Shown here: positions 35,801-48,353 of the stretch, in pieces | Layout: each line of letters begins with the position of its first letter | Numbering within the stretch: position 1 is the stretch's first letter | Origin: Amoebophrya sp. A120 | Taxonomy: Eukaryota; Protista; Dinoflagellata | Length of the DNA: 64,000 nt | Direction: 5' to 3' | NCBI GenBank assembly: GCA_905178155.1 | Contig: CAJINV010000003.1 | Location: 4,956,830-5,020,829 of the forward strand | Made by a program: the position numbers and the translations under genes | The notes under the pieces: generated by a model | What the model saw: the letters and a program-made list of their open reading frames with translations, nothing else | What the model was told of the DNA's origin: nothing | The model's database searches: none

Positions 35801-36883
35801 CTTCCTGCAAACCGGGCGTGAGATCCACCGACGCGGGCAAGAATCCGCGATTTCGCAACGAATAAAGCCCGCATTCTAAATCTCGCTCCGTGAGTTCTGG
35901 GGGCTCTGCGCCGGGGTCCTTTCGATTGATTCGCGGAAGGATCCTGATGAATCAGAATGTGACACGCCTAGCTATCCAAAATAACGTATAATTTTTGGTC
36001 GAACAAGATGCACACAGAATTTGCTCCACATCTTCGCCCCAATCCACTGTAGAAGGAGAAGAAACCCGAAGCCGCACACTACTAAAAGTATGGGAATGGG
36101 CTGCATCTATTACAGATGAGAGCATGATGAAAATCAAAATGAAGGACTGAATAAATTAATATCTCCAAAATCTTGGATCTTCAAAGAAACACCTCTTGGA
36201 CGCGGCAGTCTTCCCGCGGTGAACGGATGACCGCGACCGGGGTCGGGCGGTGGAGGACGAGGATCCGCCGGCCACCTCTTGTGGCGTACTGAGCAGCGGA
36301 GGCACGACGCCTGTCCTTGTCGTTCGCGATGGTCGCCGGCCAAAGGTCGAGGACTTTCGCTTCGCCTCCTCCTGCTGCTCCAGTTGAGCTTGATAGGCCA
36401 GGATCTGTTGTGGTACAGCACATGATCTCCTCGAATCATAAACTCAGATTGAAACGACGGATTGGATATAGTTGTTGCAAGTTCGTTTCAAGTGAGAGCG
36501 CAGCAGCTTGGGTTCTTGCTCCTTTTCCTACGTTTATGTACTTCGTGAAAAATTCTATCAGAGGGTTGCGAGCCATGCGCTTTGATTTGAAAGCAATTGC
36601 ATCGAACCTGCATGATGTATATACTTTTTCCCACGCGGCGCACGCCGCGTGGATTGGTTCTTATGTACTTCGTGAAAGCGAGCGGACAAATCTATAATTG
36701 CTTTTCAAGTAGCGTAAGTCGTACCTCGGCTGCTTTGCTGCGCAAGTTCTTTTCTGCGGACTCGAGCCGCTCCCGTAGAACCCCCGTCTGGCTTCCATCT
36801 CCGGCCGAGTTCTCAAGTTCGGCTTTCAGACCACGGAGATCCGCATGGAGGTCGTACAATATGCGACCGACCGACACCACCAT
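29890..36883 (-). CDS. IQCH: IQ motif-containing protein H (IQCH)-like, many exons
   Basis: N-terminus VGRILYDLHADLRGLK, IQ-like AAKTIQVAW, VQNAQISRLF, LGTKS, WIFKIDDEFRGKGSA and RGGIIQA resemble IQCH. Contains three introners. Exact 3' end uncertain. Confidence 0.75.
30049..30300. mobile_element. Family-A introner (252 bp), TSD GCCTG, GC-AG register available
   Basis: TIRs tatcaactgtaaaagtgtctgggtctggaa / ttccagacccagacatttttacttttgata; exact TSD at 30044-48 and 30301-05; joins MQVLQ-AVTMQH. Confidence 0.93.
30380..30588. mobile_element. Family-B introner (209 bp), TSD GACGG
   Basis: TIRs tatgcaagaaaaaaactgtgtgagtgtaact / agttacacttacacagtttttttcctggata; exact TSD; joins VHETV-SLLVID. Confidence 0.92.
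34644..34906. mobile_element. Family-A introner (263 bp), TSD CCTCG, GT-AG register available
   Basis: TIRs and exact TSD at 34639-43 and 34907-11; joins ASETE-DRLVKE. Confidence 0.93.
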
Positions 36884-37432
36884 TGGGAGGAGATCGCCAC
36901 TCCCACGAGGTGGCTACTCTGCTACATGGTCCTACCCCCAGGAGCCGCCCCCTTCAGCGGTTCATTCCCCATCTACCCTTACGCTCTCACAGGTTGCGCT
37001 CCGAAAACGACGTAAAGACGAGGTCACGAAAAAATTATCGTACCGAAAAATGATACGACGCCACAAAAAAAGTGGTATAGAAAGAACTGCATGTTTGATA
37101 AAGCAGACGAAGAGACTCTCAGCAACCAAGCCCAAAAATAAAAAAGGAAACCCTGCAGCCTTTGAAAAGTTGCTCTCGTGTCCGCGCTCAGGGTCTCTCG
37201 CAACCCAAGGTCAAGACAGCACACAGGTCTAACATACGAGTCGGTCGTGTAGAAAAGCCCTTGCAATCCGGTTCTGTCGCCGTCAATCCAAAGAGAGACT
37301 ACGACTTTCGGTATGTCGCGCTCGCGTCTCAATTGAAACTGAAAATAGGAATACATCTTTGCACATACTAAGCGATGGAGATTTGTACATATGAACATGT
37401 TGCAAAAAGGAAACAGCATGGCGCTGTTTTTC

Positions 37433-39583
37433 TCATGATGTCTGTGCCAGAAAATCTACAAGGGCGGCTTCAATGGCATCATCCACATTGTAATTCTTGT
37501 CTTTGAAAATGCGCCACAGCTCTGCTTCATTCGCAAGCGTTACCACTTTCTGAGGGTTTTCCGGAAGGCAGTCCTGCAGCTGCGTATGGAAGTCCTGGAA
37601 AGCCCCAAGATGCGGATTCTCTGCTTCAACATTCTGCTGCTGCGCTACGCCTCCTCCAGTTGCGCCGTTTGAAAGCGAAATACCGCCTCCGGCACTCAGT
37701 AGCTTGCGGACCTGGCTGAGGTTCAGCTGAGCCCCGCTGCCGGATTGTCCTCCGCCTGGTCCTGGTGCGGGCACGACTAAATTGTAGTGCTCCCCCCCTA
37801 TGTAGGCCAGAAGTACGCAGGTCCCCGCAGATTTTTTTCTTGAACTCGCCAACGACTGCTCCCGCTTCGTTCTCAGCTCGGCGGCCCTACTAGCTGCGGC
37901 GGCACGCTTTTTTGCTGCTTGATGCAGCGTTTCCTTCTTCTCAGTTGCGAGAGGTCGCGCATCGCCAACTTTTACCGCTTCTTTGGTTTGTCCTTCTTCA
38001 GTTGTAACCCCCCGTATTTGTGATGTGGCATCTTCTTCGCCACTTGCTGCGGACTCCACGTTGCCCCCGAGCTCTTCGAAAGAAACGATGTGCAAATCGG
38101 AATCTTCTTGTTCGGAACGAACAGCAGCTTCGTCGTTTTCAACAAAAACCTCCTTTGGCGTACTGCCACCTGGCGTCTGCCCTTCGTGTGGCGTCTCGAC
38201 GTGGTGAGTTGGGCACTCGATCTCGTAGAACGTGAACGAATATTCATCAGAGATGCTGCCCGCGGTGCTGCCTCCAGGAGCATTTTTCCGCGGGGTTGCG
38301 GCCGTCTCCCCCGCCGTACTGCGCTGAAAAATGAGTACGTCGACCGCAAAGTACCGACACAGAGCCAGAATCTCGAGCTGTCCGGCCCAAACGCCCTCCT
38401 CGCGCATGTTCGCCACGTAGTGCGCGTAGCTGCCGTCCGTCTATCGAAAGGAAAAATCCCCCCTCCCCATATCGAAAACGAAATTTGTGATGCTGTATTT
38501 GAGGTCACAAAACGACTTGTCATGCTAGAAGGCCAAGAGCCGCAGTCGTGGCCTCGTTTGCAGGCAATTTGTCATGCTGTTTCCCGCTCTCAGCTGCCTC
38601 CTATCATGCTGAAGATGCAAGGCTTGACCACGGCACCCAGCACTACAGTCCGTATCTTTTCCCGTGTAGCATGACAGAGCTGATTTGTGACAACAAATCT
38701 GCATCACAGATTTCCGTTTTGATATGGGGAGGGGGAATTTTCCTTTTGATACCGTCTCTTCGTCGAGGAACCACCGATACTCTTCCTCATGGGCGAGGAG
38801 CGTGTCGCAGCAGAAATTCCTGCAATCGCCGTGGAACACTGCGGCATTTCTGAAAACGTGCTGCGCGAAGGAGCGGAACAGGCAGTTGCCGTCTTATCAA
38901 ATGTAAAAATGTCTCGGTCTGGAAGAATGCGCGATTTGTCATGCAGCTTTTCCATGACCCATGAGGTCTGGAATGCAGGACCTAGCATGACAGATTCTCT
39001 GAGGTCTCTATCATGCCTTTCCTGCATGAAAAACTCCATCTCAACTTGGTCAAAAGTGGACACCTTTTGGTACTCACGCAACACAGATTTTTGCATCATT
39101 CAGATTTAGCATGACAAGTTGGATTCTTCCAGAAGCAGACATTTTTACACTTGATACGTCTTCCGCCTGTCCGATCATCTGCAGGCCGCGGTCGCCCAGG
39201 TAGGCTGTATCAAATGTAAAAATGTCTGGGTCTGGAAGATTCTGACACTTGTGATGCACGTTTTGCATGAGCCATGATGTCTGTGATGCATACCCTAGGA
39301 ATACAGATTTCTTGAGGGCTTCTTGATGCCTATTCCGCATGACAAATGCCTTCTCAGCGTAGCAAAAATTGCATTCCCGTTGGTAATCATGCAATACAGA
39401 TTTTTTTGGAATCCAAATGCAGCATCACAAGTTGCATTCTTCCAGACCCAGACATTTTTACATTTGATAGGCTGACAAAGCGCGCAACTCCGCCTCAGAC
39501 GCGGTCTCGCCGCGCTTCCGGCGCTGTCGATTTTCCTTGCGTTGTTTACGTGATCGCCCATTCTGCTGCCTGCCTCCACCCAT
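37433..39583 (-). CDS. OTU-family deubiquitinase (OTUD3-like) with C-terminal CUE/UBA-like helices, 4 exons
   Basis: After removing three introners: AEDGNCLFRS (catalytic Cys motif), WAGQLEILAL and GEHYNLV (catalytic His). Confidence 0.9.
38442..38751. mobile_element. Family-C introner (310 bp), TSD CCGTC
   Basis: Long (~50 bp) TIR tatcgaaaggaaaaatccccctccccatatc... / ...gatatggggagggggaattttccttttgata; exact TSD; joins LDEET-DGSYAH. Confidence 0.93.
38895..39156. mobile_element. Family-A introner (262 bp), TSD CGTCT
   Basis: TIRs and exact TSD; interrupts the OTU motif AED-GNCLFRS. Confidence 0.95.
39208..39469. mobile_element. Family-A introner (262 bp), TSD GGCTG
   Basis: Perfect ~32-bp TIR and exact TSD; joins RALSA-YLGDRG. 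Confidence 0.95.
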
Positions 39584-40210
39584 ACTGTGCGGGTTTATGA
39601 ATGTTGTATCCCTTGTTCTATTGGTACTTCCTTCATGGGAGCAGGGGGACACAGTAGCGAAACAGACGGAACGATGTGTACACTGTGTGGAAAATGACTT
39701 GCTACTTCCTGGACGTTCTTCTACAACGTAGATCTAGAGTCAATCGCAGCTCTCCAAGCTGTTCGGGAGTTGATCTTCATCGAGCATCGCTGCTGCATTT
39801 TGTGCGAGTCAGACCTTTGAACTCGTCACTATCAGTGGTGATAGGGATCATGATGGATCATTGCACCGAATGAACTGCGACAAAATTTCTACTGAACTAG
39901 TGACTCGGCTTTTCGCGATAGACCAGCCGGCGACATCCCCTTTCTGAAAAACCCACTTGTTTTTTATTTCTTGTTCGTCCCGTCATTTGATGACAAATCG
40001 CGTATATGACAAAGTGCGTACGATTTCAGTATCTTCGATAATCTAGAAAACATATGGCTTATTTCCTTGGTAATTATTGACCAAACCTGCACGCGAGCGA
40101 TCACGTGTGCGTGTGCTATTGATAGTTGCGAAATGAGATGACCAAGAGATGAGTGAGCAGTGTGCTATACTTACCACTTTAACGTTCCGACCTCAGGAGC
40201 GCCCGGCCGA

Positions 40211-43200
40211 CTAAAGGAGCGTTCGAGCTGACCGAAGCTTTCCGCGGATGAGCGACAGCTCTTTCTCGACGTCAAGGAGCCTGGCTTCCGCTTGCTGCTT
40301 GTTTTTGCGGTCGGTCAGCGTCCGCCCCGCTGAATTCGTGGGATACTTCATCAACGTGGCTTCCAGTGCTGTTCGCTCCTGGTTCAGCTCCATCATTTTT
40401 CCCTCGAGCTGCGCCGTCTGATGTTGATTTCATTGACAAACAATGCGGTGCCCCAGCAGACCAGGCATGTGTATCAGGAGGAACAGAGAGCTTCATACCT
40501 AACTCTGAACGACTCTACCATTGAGCAATAGCAAAGGAAAAATGGACCGGAACCGGTGTGTAAAGCAATAGGATGGCTCTTCTATCGTCTTCGTTAGTAA
40601 CCTAGCAATGAAGTGATCATTACGTCGATAACGGGAGCTGCCTTGAAGTTACTTCTCGAAACTTGGGTGTTGTCGTGGATGTCTTGCATCTCGAACACCC
40701 GCCCATAAGGTCCCAAGTGCTCTTCCTTTCCCGCTTGCGTGGCACCCGGACTCGAGGAGCGCGCGCGACTGATAAACGGTGAGCTTCCCCCAGCCGGCTT
40801 TTCAGGCCTACCGCGACCCGTCCCAGGAACTGGATCAGCTGTTTGTAGTAAGGTGACAATTGTATCCATGTCCACGCAGCGAAAGTGACACGTACAACAT
40901 GAATCATAACTGCAGGTGCAATAAATTCATCCGATGGGAAGATACAGCTCACGAGCAGCACTAGTACCGTAGTCGCTGCCGTAAAGTGTGTTCCAGTCTC
41001 CCGAGAGCTTTTCAGGCTGCGATTCGCCTGAAAGAGCCTTTGGGCGTGCGTCTCCGAACCGCGTTTCGGGCGGATACCTACTGGATACAGGAATGGAGCG
41101 CGGCGTTGGCCCGGTTGAAAAACCAGGGTGACCTGTACAAAGGGAGACGAGATCGATGTCGCATCACCGGGAACGAAAGACAAGGAAGGCAAATGAACAA
41201 AACAAAAGACTATTGATCAATACTTCTCGCGATTCGGATTTAAAAATGCATAAGCATAAATGCAATGAGGACTACTAAGATAAAATACGCATGGTCGAAG
41301 GCTCCAGCATTTCTGCTGCTGCAAACTTGTTGTAGCGTTCTTTTCTTTCGTCTATGAGGAGAGCATTCAGCCTGTCGATGTCCTTCTCGTAAGTATTTGA
41401 AACCTGCATTTTTTTTGTCACACAGCAAAAATCAAAATTCACATTTGTCATGGCTGTGGTGTCGAATCTTCAACAGGGTACTTAGTTGTAAAAAATGAAT
41501 GCTGTACTCCAAACAAACACAGAAATAAGGTCACAGCTCTTTTTCCGCCCATTGATTCTTGAAGCCTACCGATCAGTAGAAGATCGCATATAATTTGTAC
41601 CGCTTTGAGTTGCACGTTTTCTTCTCTGAGGGAGGAGACCGCATCTTCCTGGGTCATCAACTCCTTTCGCCACTGCTCTGCCTGGCGCTGCGCCTTCGCA
41701 AACTCCGCGTTCAGCCGATTACATTCTTCCTTGTATTGATTCAGCGAATTCGTTTGCAGGTTAATCTGCCGGTTGGCTTCCAAAGCTTCCTCCCTGATTT
41801 TCAGAAGCTCCTGCTCCATCTGGTTCTTGGACACGGCGACCTTCCAGAACGTCAAAAAGACAATTACCCAGTCTTTGCAGCCATAAGAAATATGAAATTT
41901 CAATTTAGAGAAATCAAAATGCGAAAGGATGCGGATGCCCCGAGTTGACAACTACAGATGCAATCATAATTTGCTTTAGGCCTTGGCGCTCGACCCACGA
42001 GTGCTGTACTTCTATACTTTTATGCTTTCCTCTCTTTCCGCGTTTGCAAGCCGAATGTCGCGGTGTAGATTCTCGATTTCCGCTTGTTGCACTCTTGTCG
42101 TGCCCGAGACAGAGAGTATTCGCAGGCCGAGATCCTGATTTTCGCCCGTCAGCTTCTGCACCTGTCGGTCGAGCTCGGTTTTTTCCTTTGACTCCTGTTC
42201 CATCTTCGCCTCGCCGGTTTTTAGCTTCCACTGCGTGTTCTGCAACTCCGTCTCCAGGCTGTGGTTATCCTGCTCGTACCGGAAAACCCGCTGCTCCAGC
42301 TGCCGTTTGGTCTCCTCCAAGCCGAGAATATTCTGCTCCTTGCCACTAACCAGCCGCTGCAAGTCGCGGTTTTCGCTCTCCAGTTTGTTCTTCGTATTCT
42401 CCAGAATCGCATTCTTTGTCTGTCGTGGTTGGGATGATGAAAAATTGGATTCATTTTCTCAATCCTTTCTTTGGTTCTTCCAGAACAGCTGCGAGCTCGC
42501 CATTTCTGGTTTTGTCGGCTTTATTTTCCGAAATGGACTCAACGCCAGCAACAATTTGCGACGACGCAAAAACTAAACAGCAACCACCTAGTACCAGCAA
42601 CTCTTCGCATCGCGACTCGATTTCGCTGATGTGATCCCTGTCGTTTCGTTTCGTGTCCTCCAGCGTTTGTATCTTGTTGGACATTTCTTCCTCCTTCATC
42701 CGAAACGTACCCAGGTCGTTGCGGTGGGCTGTCGTCAGCGCGTCTAGTTGATTCTGAAGGGACATGATGTTCCGCTTCAACTCATTTACGTCCTCCAGGT
42801 TGTTCAGATTGCTGTTGAACGTCACCTTGCTGAACTGCGATCCCGTATCCAGGGCGGGGTTTTTCAGGAGGTCGGGAATCAGACTGTCCTCGCCTTGGGC
42901 CGGAGCGGCGGCTGTGTAGGTGTTTTTGCTTTAATATTTTCATTTGTCGAAGGCTTGATCTAAAACTTCAGCGGCACGACCAGCGAACGCTCGCCATTAC
43001 GACGAGATGAACGGCGATGATGAACGACCGCAAAAAACTATGAATGCATAAGCAGAAATAACCTGCACTCGTCGCAGTTGCCGGCTCTGCAGCAGGCGCG
43101 GCTGGCGTGGAATCTTTCAGGGAAACTAGTTCCGCCTCAAGCGCTCGTATTTTACTTTCCATTTCATGCTCTTCGGCTTCATCGACCTCCTCCTCTGTTT

Positions 43201-43246
43201 CCTCCTCGTATTCCTCCTCCTCATATTCCTCCCCACTGGTCGCCAT
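40211..43246 (-). CDS. Multi-exon coiled-coil protein with MPHOSPH9/enkurin-like C-terminal motif
   Basis: Series of coiled-coil exon ORFs. The last exon ELNQERTALEATLMKYPTNSAGRTLTDRKNKQQAEARLLDVEKELSLIRGKLR resembles the MPHOSPH9/enkurin C-terminus. Confidence 0.55.
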
Positions 43247-44663
43247 TGTGGCGGCTTGGGGGCTGCTTCCAGCTGGTCCCGCAGGTGGATGTTACGGCCT
43301 CGATAAGCGCGGCTAAGCACTCCGTGTCACCGCATTTTCAATCAGTTGAAAAGTGCGGCGGTGCCGCGCTAAGTGGTCCTGTTGCCTATGATCTTCGAGC
43401 GCACAGGTTTATTCAAGATGCTCTCGTGTTTTAAAAAAAGCGAGCACTGTCCAAAAAAGTAAAGGGCCACCACCAGCTGAAACACTTTGTCATCTCTTTT
43501 TTTCCCGCATCGTTTGCCGTCTCTTTCCCTCATCGCATCGTTGCAGTCGCGCTCACTGAACCACATAGATGCACGAAAATGAAACGGACAAGAAAAATAA
43601 AAACACGGCCCAGAGGGTTCCTTGTGCGACCAAGCGCAACAACAAGGGAGCATCACAAAGAGCTAAGAGATTTTTACGGCTTTCGGTGATCGATAGCAAC
43701 CAAGCGTTGGTACAGTGTTTAGAAGCCTGAAAATTTGTCTCCTATCGCTGGTGAAAGCGGAGCGCTGCACTTCTTGCTTCCTCGCTTTATCTCCCTTTCG
43801 TTTTCCGAAATGGAGTTCGCTCGCAATATCTCCGTGCTCCGGCTTGCGCAAATTAACAATTTTTTCCATCCAGTGTTGAAAACCCTTCCAAAGTAGATGC
43901 AAATGGTAGAAGTACAGTCGGATTGTTTCGAAAGTGCCCCCCGAGCATTAAGGAAAGAGAAAGACAAGCTAGAAAAAATTATTACAGGAGGGCGACAAAG
44001 ACAATTGAACGGCTGAAGATACAAGACCACAGTTAGGTATTCCTCTTCTCGGAAATAACGTGTCACACAGCGGATTACCAAACGAAAGTGATGCTACGAA
44101 TGCGTCGGATTTTTAAAGATATGGATCCCTCCGTAGACATTTGGTGCTCTTGCGCGCACGAAATGTAAAAGACAGCTAGATGAAAATCAAAGTCAAAGTG
44201 AAGAAGTGTGAAATTGGAAATAAGCGTAAAGACAAAAATACGTGAATTCGGTAAAAAATAGGTACAGTAAGGGTGAAAGTTGTTCAGTCTAAAAAATCAT
44301 TGTACAGTTTTTCTAAATTGCAATGGGCAACGACGGTCTCCATAAAGCGGTACTATTGAAGTGGAATTGCTACAACAAAAACAGAAACACAAGTGGAAAC
44401 TTTTTGTCATTTTTTTGAAACGAAGATTGAAAAAATTCCATTGAACAAGCAACGCGGTGCTTGTTGGAAAATGCTATTGCACAATCGATGACATGCAAAC
44501 CTAAACTGCCCTCCTAGCATTTAACAATCGACATTCAACATTCATGGGGATAATTCAAGTGACATTTTCTACAATATCCATTTATTTTGACAGCACGATA
44601 CACGACCCTACAATTTTCATAGATGCCATAGATACAACAACAAGATACAGACCCGGGGGATCC

Positions 44664-47288
44664 TTACGATCGGTACAGCACCCCCGTGGATTCCAGTCGC
44701 TGGGAGTAGTCCCGCTCCTTCCTGCGTTCCTTCTCATCGGCTTCGAACCGCTTTGCCGCGGCGGTCGGGGTGAGCTGCTGCGACGCCTTGCCCGGGGAAT
44801 CTCCGGCTTGCTTGGCGTACTGGAACTTGGACGGCACGGTGATCCAGTCGAACAGACGGTCGTAGCTGAAGTTTTCCCGGTAGAACACGTCCTTCATCAG
44901 CCTTCGCAGGTAGCTGTAGTCCGGGGTATCGGTGAACCGCAAATTTCGGCAGTACTGCAGGTAGTATTTGAATTCCTGCGGAAGCGGACGGGAAAACTTC
45001 ATGCCCGTTGCGAGCCAGTAGTTTTCCGCATCGGACGTGTTGGTCGAACAGGTGGAGTTGAAATCTGCCGTGAAAATTCGTTAAAAATCTTCGGGTTTTT
45101 TCAGCTACAAAGAACGAGAAGGTCGTGAGCAACGTAAACGTTACCTTCGACATACTACTATAGTTGCTACCGTCGATAAGTATCCTAGAAAAGCCTTTCT
45201 CCTATAGCATTCGTAAAACACATCAAGTACCGCGCTTCTCCCCTGCTTGATTGGCCGCACCAGTCCCGATGAGGTCGTCGATGCTGATGTCCTGCTTCAG
45301 TGCCATAATTTTCTGGTACTTCTCCTTCTTCGCGCCCTTCTGGCCCTGCCACGGAAGAGACCCGCGCAGGAAATACATCCAGACGTTATTACATTGAAAA
45401 GTGCCCCCCCCCTGAAATTGCAAAAATTTGTGATGCGAAGTTTCCAAATGAAAACTTTTTCTCATGCATGAAAGGAGTATGAATCTTTCTGATGCAGAGT
45501 CTAGGCCTGTAGCGTATCGTTTGCATGACAAGCGCCGATCTTGCTGGGGTCTTTTGCAGTACAAATTTTTGCTATTCACGATTGGAACCCTGTGATGCTG
45601 ATAGATGCAAGAGGGCGAATGTTTCATTTGGAAAGGTTTGCAATACAAATGCCCCCAAGTTCGGGGGTGGGGGCATTTTTCATTGTAATAGACGTAGCAC
45701 AAACTCTCCAGGTCGTCGCGACGGCTCGGCTCCACACCCAAGTGGGTGTTCACACTCACGTATCGTGCCGTCCCGGTCAAATTTTTACCTGCGCGTGTCA
45801 TAATTCCAACTAACATCGATAATGTCCCGCACAAAAATATAAAGAGAGCCGTGCAATCCAACATGAAAAATCTTGTGGTGTTTATGCTGTGAACCAACAT
45901 CAAGTAGTACAACTTACTACTAGTTTAGTACTATGCAGTTGCAAATCCGACGTGGAAAAAATAAAATTTACCCGTCTTCATCGGGATATGCTCGTGCGTT
46001 TTTGGGCAGCGGTACTTTTTCGCCAACCCGAAGTCGATCAGGTAAATGAGGTCGTTGTGGTACACGAAATTGTCGGGTTTGATGTCGTATCAAATGTAAA
46101 AATGTCTAGGTCTGGAAGATTCTGAGACTTGTCATGCAGGTTTTCCATGACCCATGATGTCGGTGATGCATGCCCTAGCATCACAGATTCTTTGAGGGCA
46201 TCTTAATGCCTAGTCCGCATGACAAATGTCCTCTCTGCGTAGCAAAAATTGCATTCTCTTTGCTGCTCATGCAATACAAGTTTTTTTGGAATCCAAATGC
46301 AGCATCACAAGTTGCAACCTTCCAGACCCAGACATTTTTGCATTTGATACGTCGCGGTGGATGTAGTTTTTCTTGTGCATGTACTCCATGCGGTCAATCA
46401 TTTGCTCGGCCAACAACAGCACGGTCTTCAGCGACAACCGCCTTCGATAGTGGATGTCCTGTGTAAAAACGTCCCCGCACCAAATGTGTCAGGTCCAAGA
46501 ACAAAATGAAGCACACTTTGTAGTCTTTGCCTTTGCAATGGCGGCAGATGGCTTGGCGCGCCTATGCAACATGACCCCAAATTTGTCATGCAAGTGTCCC
46601 TGTTCCGGATGTCTCTCATGCGCGATTCCATGACAACGCCACTTTGAATTTGTCGTGACCCGGCTTTTGATGTAACCCAGCACGATTAGAGTTGTCACGG
46701 AGCTCAAAAACCTTCTGAATTTGCTTACCGCAGATTTATTCCCTTCTTGACTACGGGGACGTTTTTACTCCGGATAGTATGTGAAAACCTCTTCCAGCGA
46801 CGGCCCGAGAAGATCCAACACCAAGACGTTCCACTGCCCCTCGATCCCGTGCCAGTGAAGTGTCGGAATACCTGAGCATTGATTTAAAATCTTGTTCACA
46901 GTAACTACCTACTAATTCCGCATTAGTTTAAGTTTTAGTTTTTACTTTCGATATCGATATTTAGAAGGCCAAGGCTTATGTATTTCATGCGAAGAAGACG
47001 ATTCGTATTTTACTATACATCCAAACACAACGCAAAAGCTCGGCAAAGGCCCCTCCAACAAACGAAACCTCTTCCGCCCGCAAGCAGCTTGTAAATCTTC
47101 GCTTCATAGTGGATTTGTGGATGCTTTGATGCCCGAGGTTCGGTCTTTACTGCAACGTGCTGGTGTCGATTCAAGTCATACGCCACATAAATCTCGCCAA
47201 AACTACCCGCGCCAATCTTCTTTTCGATCCGAAACCGCTGGCTGACAACAGTTCCCAGCTCTATGCTTGGCGTGGTAGTGCTACTCAT
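44664..47288 (-). CDS. CK1: Casein kinase 1
   Basis: [80 protein letters not shown] and FDW. Contains three introners. Confidence 0.96.
45387..45690. mobile_element. Family-D introner (304 bp), TSD GACGT
   Basis: TIRs tattacattgaaaagtgcccc / ggggcatttttcattgtaata; exact TSD; joins [12 protein letters not shown]. Confidence 0.93.
46088..46349. mobile_element. Family-A introner (262 bp) in the CK1 catalytic loop
   Basis: TIRs; flanks tgtcg/cgtcg (4/5); joins HRD-IKPDNF. Internally close to the copy at 39208. Confidence 0.93.
46455..46776. mobile_element. Family-E introner (322 bp), TSD degraded
   Basis: TIR core gtaaaaacgtccccg / cggggacgtttttac; removing 327 nt restores VFTYY...RLSLKT. Confidence 0.8.
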
Positions 47289-48353
47289 CCTTCGTAATTA
47301 TCGTGACCCGCTACGGCGTGCAAAAGTGTGTATCCCTGCCTCCGAAACCCAAGTGGAACGTTATCGTGGGACAGGTGGGGATCGTTATTGTGTCTCACGG
47401 CTGCAGACTTAGTCCGACTCCGAGCGTGTCCAGTAGATGATTGGCAAGTGTTGTCGGTTTTGCTCGTACTGGAAAAAGTGATAAAGCAACCTCCCCCAAA
47501 GTTACGCTATCTCCTCTTGATGTGCGCCAAAACCTTGCGTTCTCGACCACCCGCAGCCATTATGCTTCTGATTTTGTCGCTGATTGTGCTTCGGAAATTC
47601 GAAGTAAAAAAAAAGCGAATGAATGTTGACATTCACTCAACGAACTGTGACAGTGTGCGAGAAGTTGTCAATGTTTGAAATTTTTCCTTCAACCATCGTA
47701 CTTAAGCAAATCCATGTCCTCTTCGAGGTCGATTTTCGTTAATTTGCGACGAACTTACCGTCCACGAATAATACGTACGAGCAGATTTGTTACGAACAGC
47801 TCACCAATGACGACCCCCATGCTTCAGGAACCGAATGATTCTGTCCCGTGAAGAAGACCGGCATATGTACAACGATGCGCGAAGAGTCTTTCTACTGTCT
47901 CATGTTCTGTCGGAGGAGCGCCTTCGCATGCTTTGACCACCGTGACGAACTTACTTTTAGTCTGTACGTTGTGTTGCGCGCCAAACCATGAACATGGGCT
48001 AGGCAATTGAAGCTCGATCACCAAAGGTGGGAGCTACGGCTTGTATGTTCGACGAGGATGCGTGTCTCTATGACTTTTGTAAGTTGTGAATGTGGCTGTA
48101 GGGGCCTGGGCCTTCACTAGCGAAAAAGCTAATCTTCGCAAGCATGATATTCACCAGCAATAACAGCTTGAAACCACACATCGTATTCTCGGTGGCAGTT
48201 GATAGATTTACCACAACCTTGATGACGAATCCATCAAACCCCCACTAGGATAATTTTTTGTCTTTTCTTGCTCATGCTCAATTATACAATTTATGAAAAT
48301 GAAGTAGAAACTACTGTTGTAACGGCGAGGAGCATGTAATGCTGTTTGATGTG

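Noticed and set aside
38704-39394. Similar short ORFs recurring in several places (e.g. ...[26 protein letters not shown])
   Set aside because: They are translations of family-A introner sequence, not a protein family or transposase.
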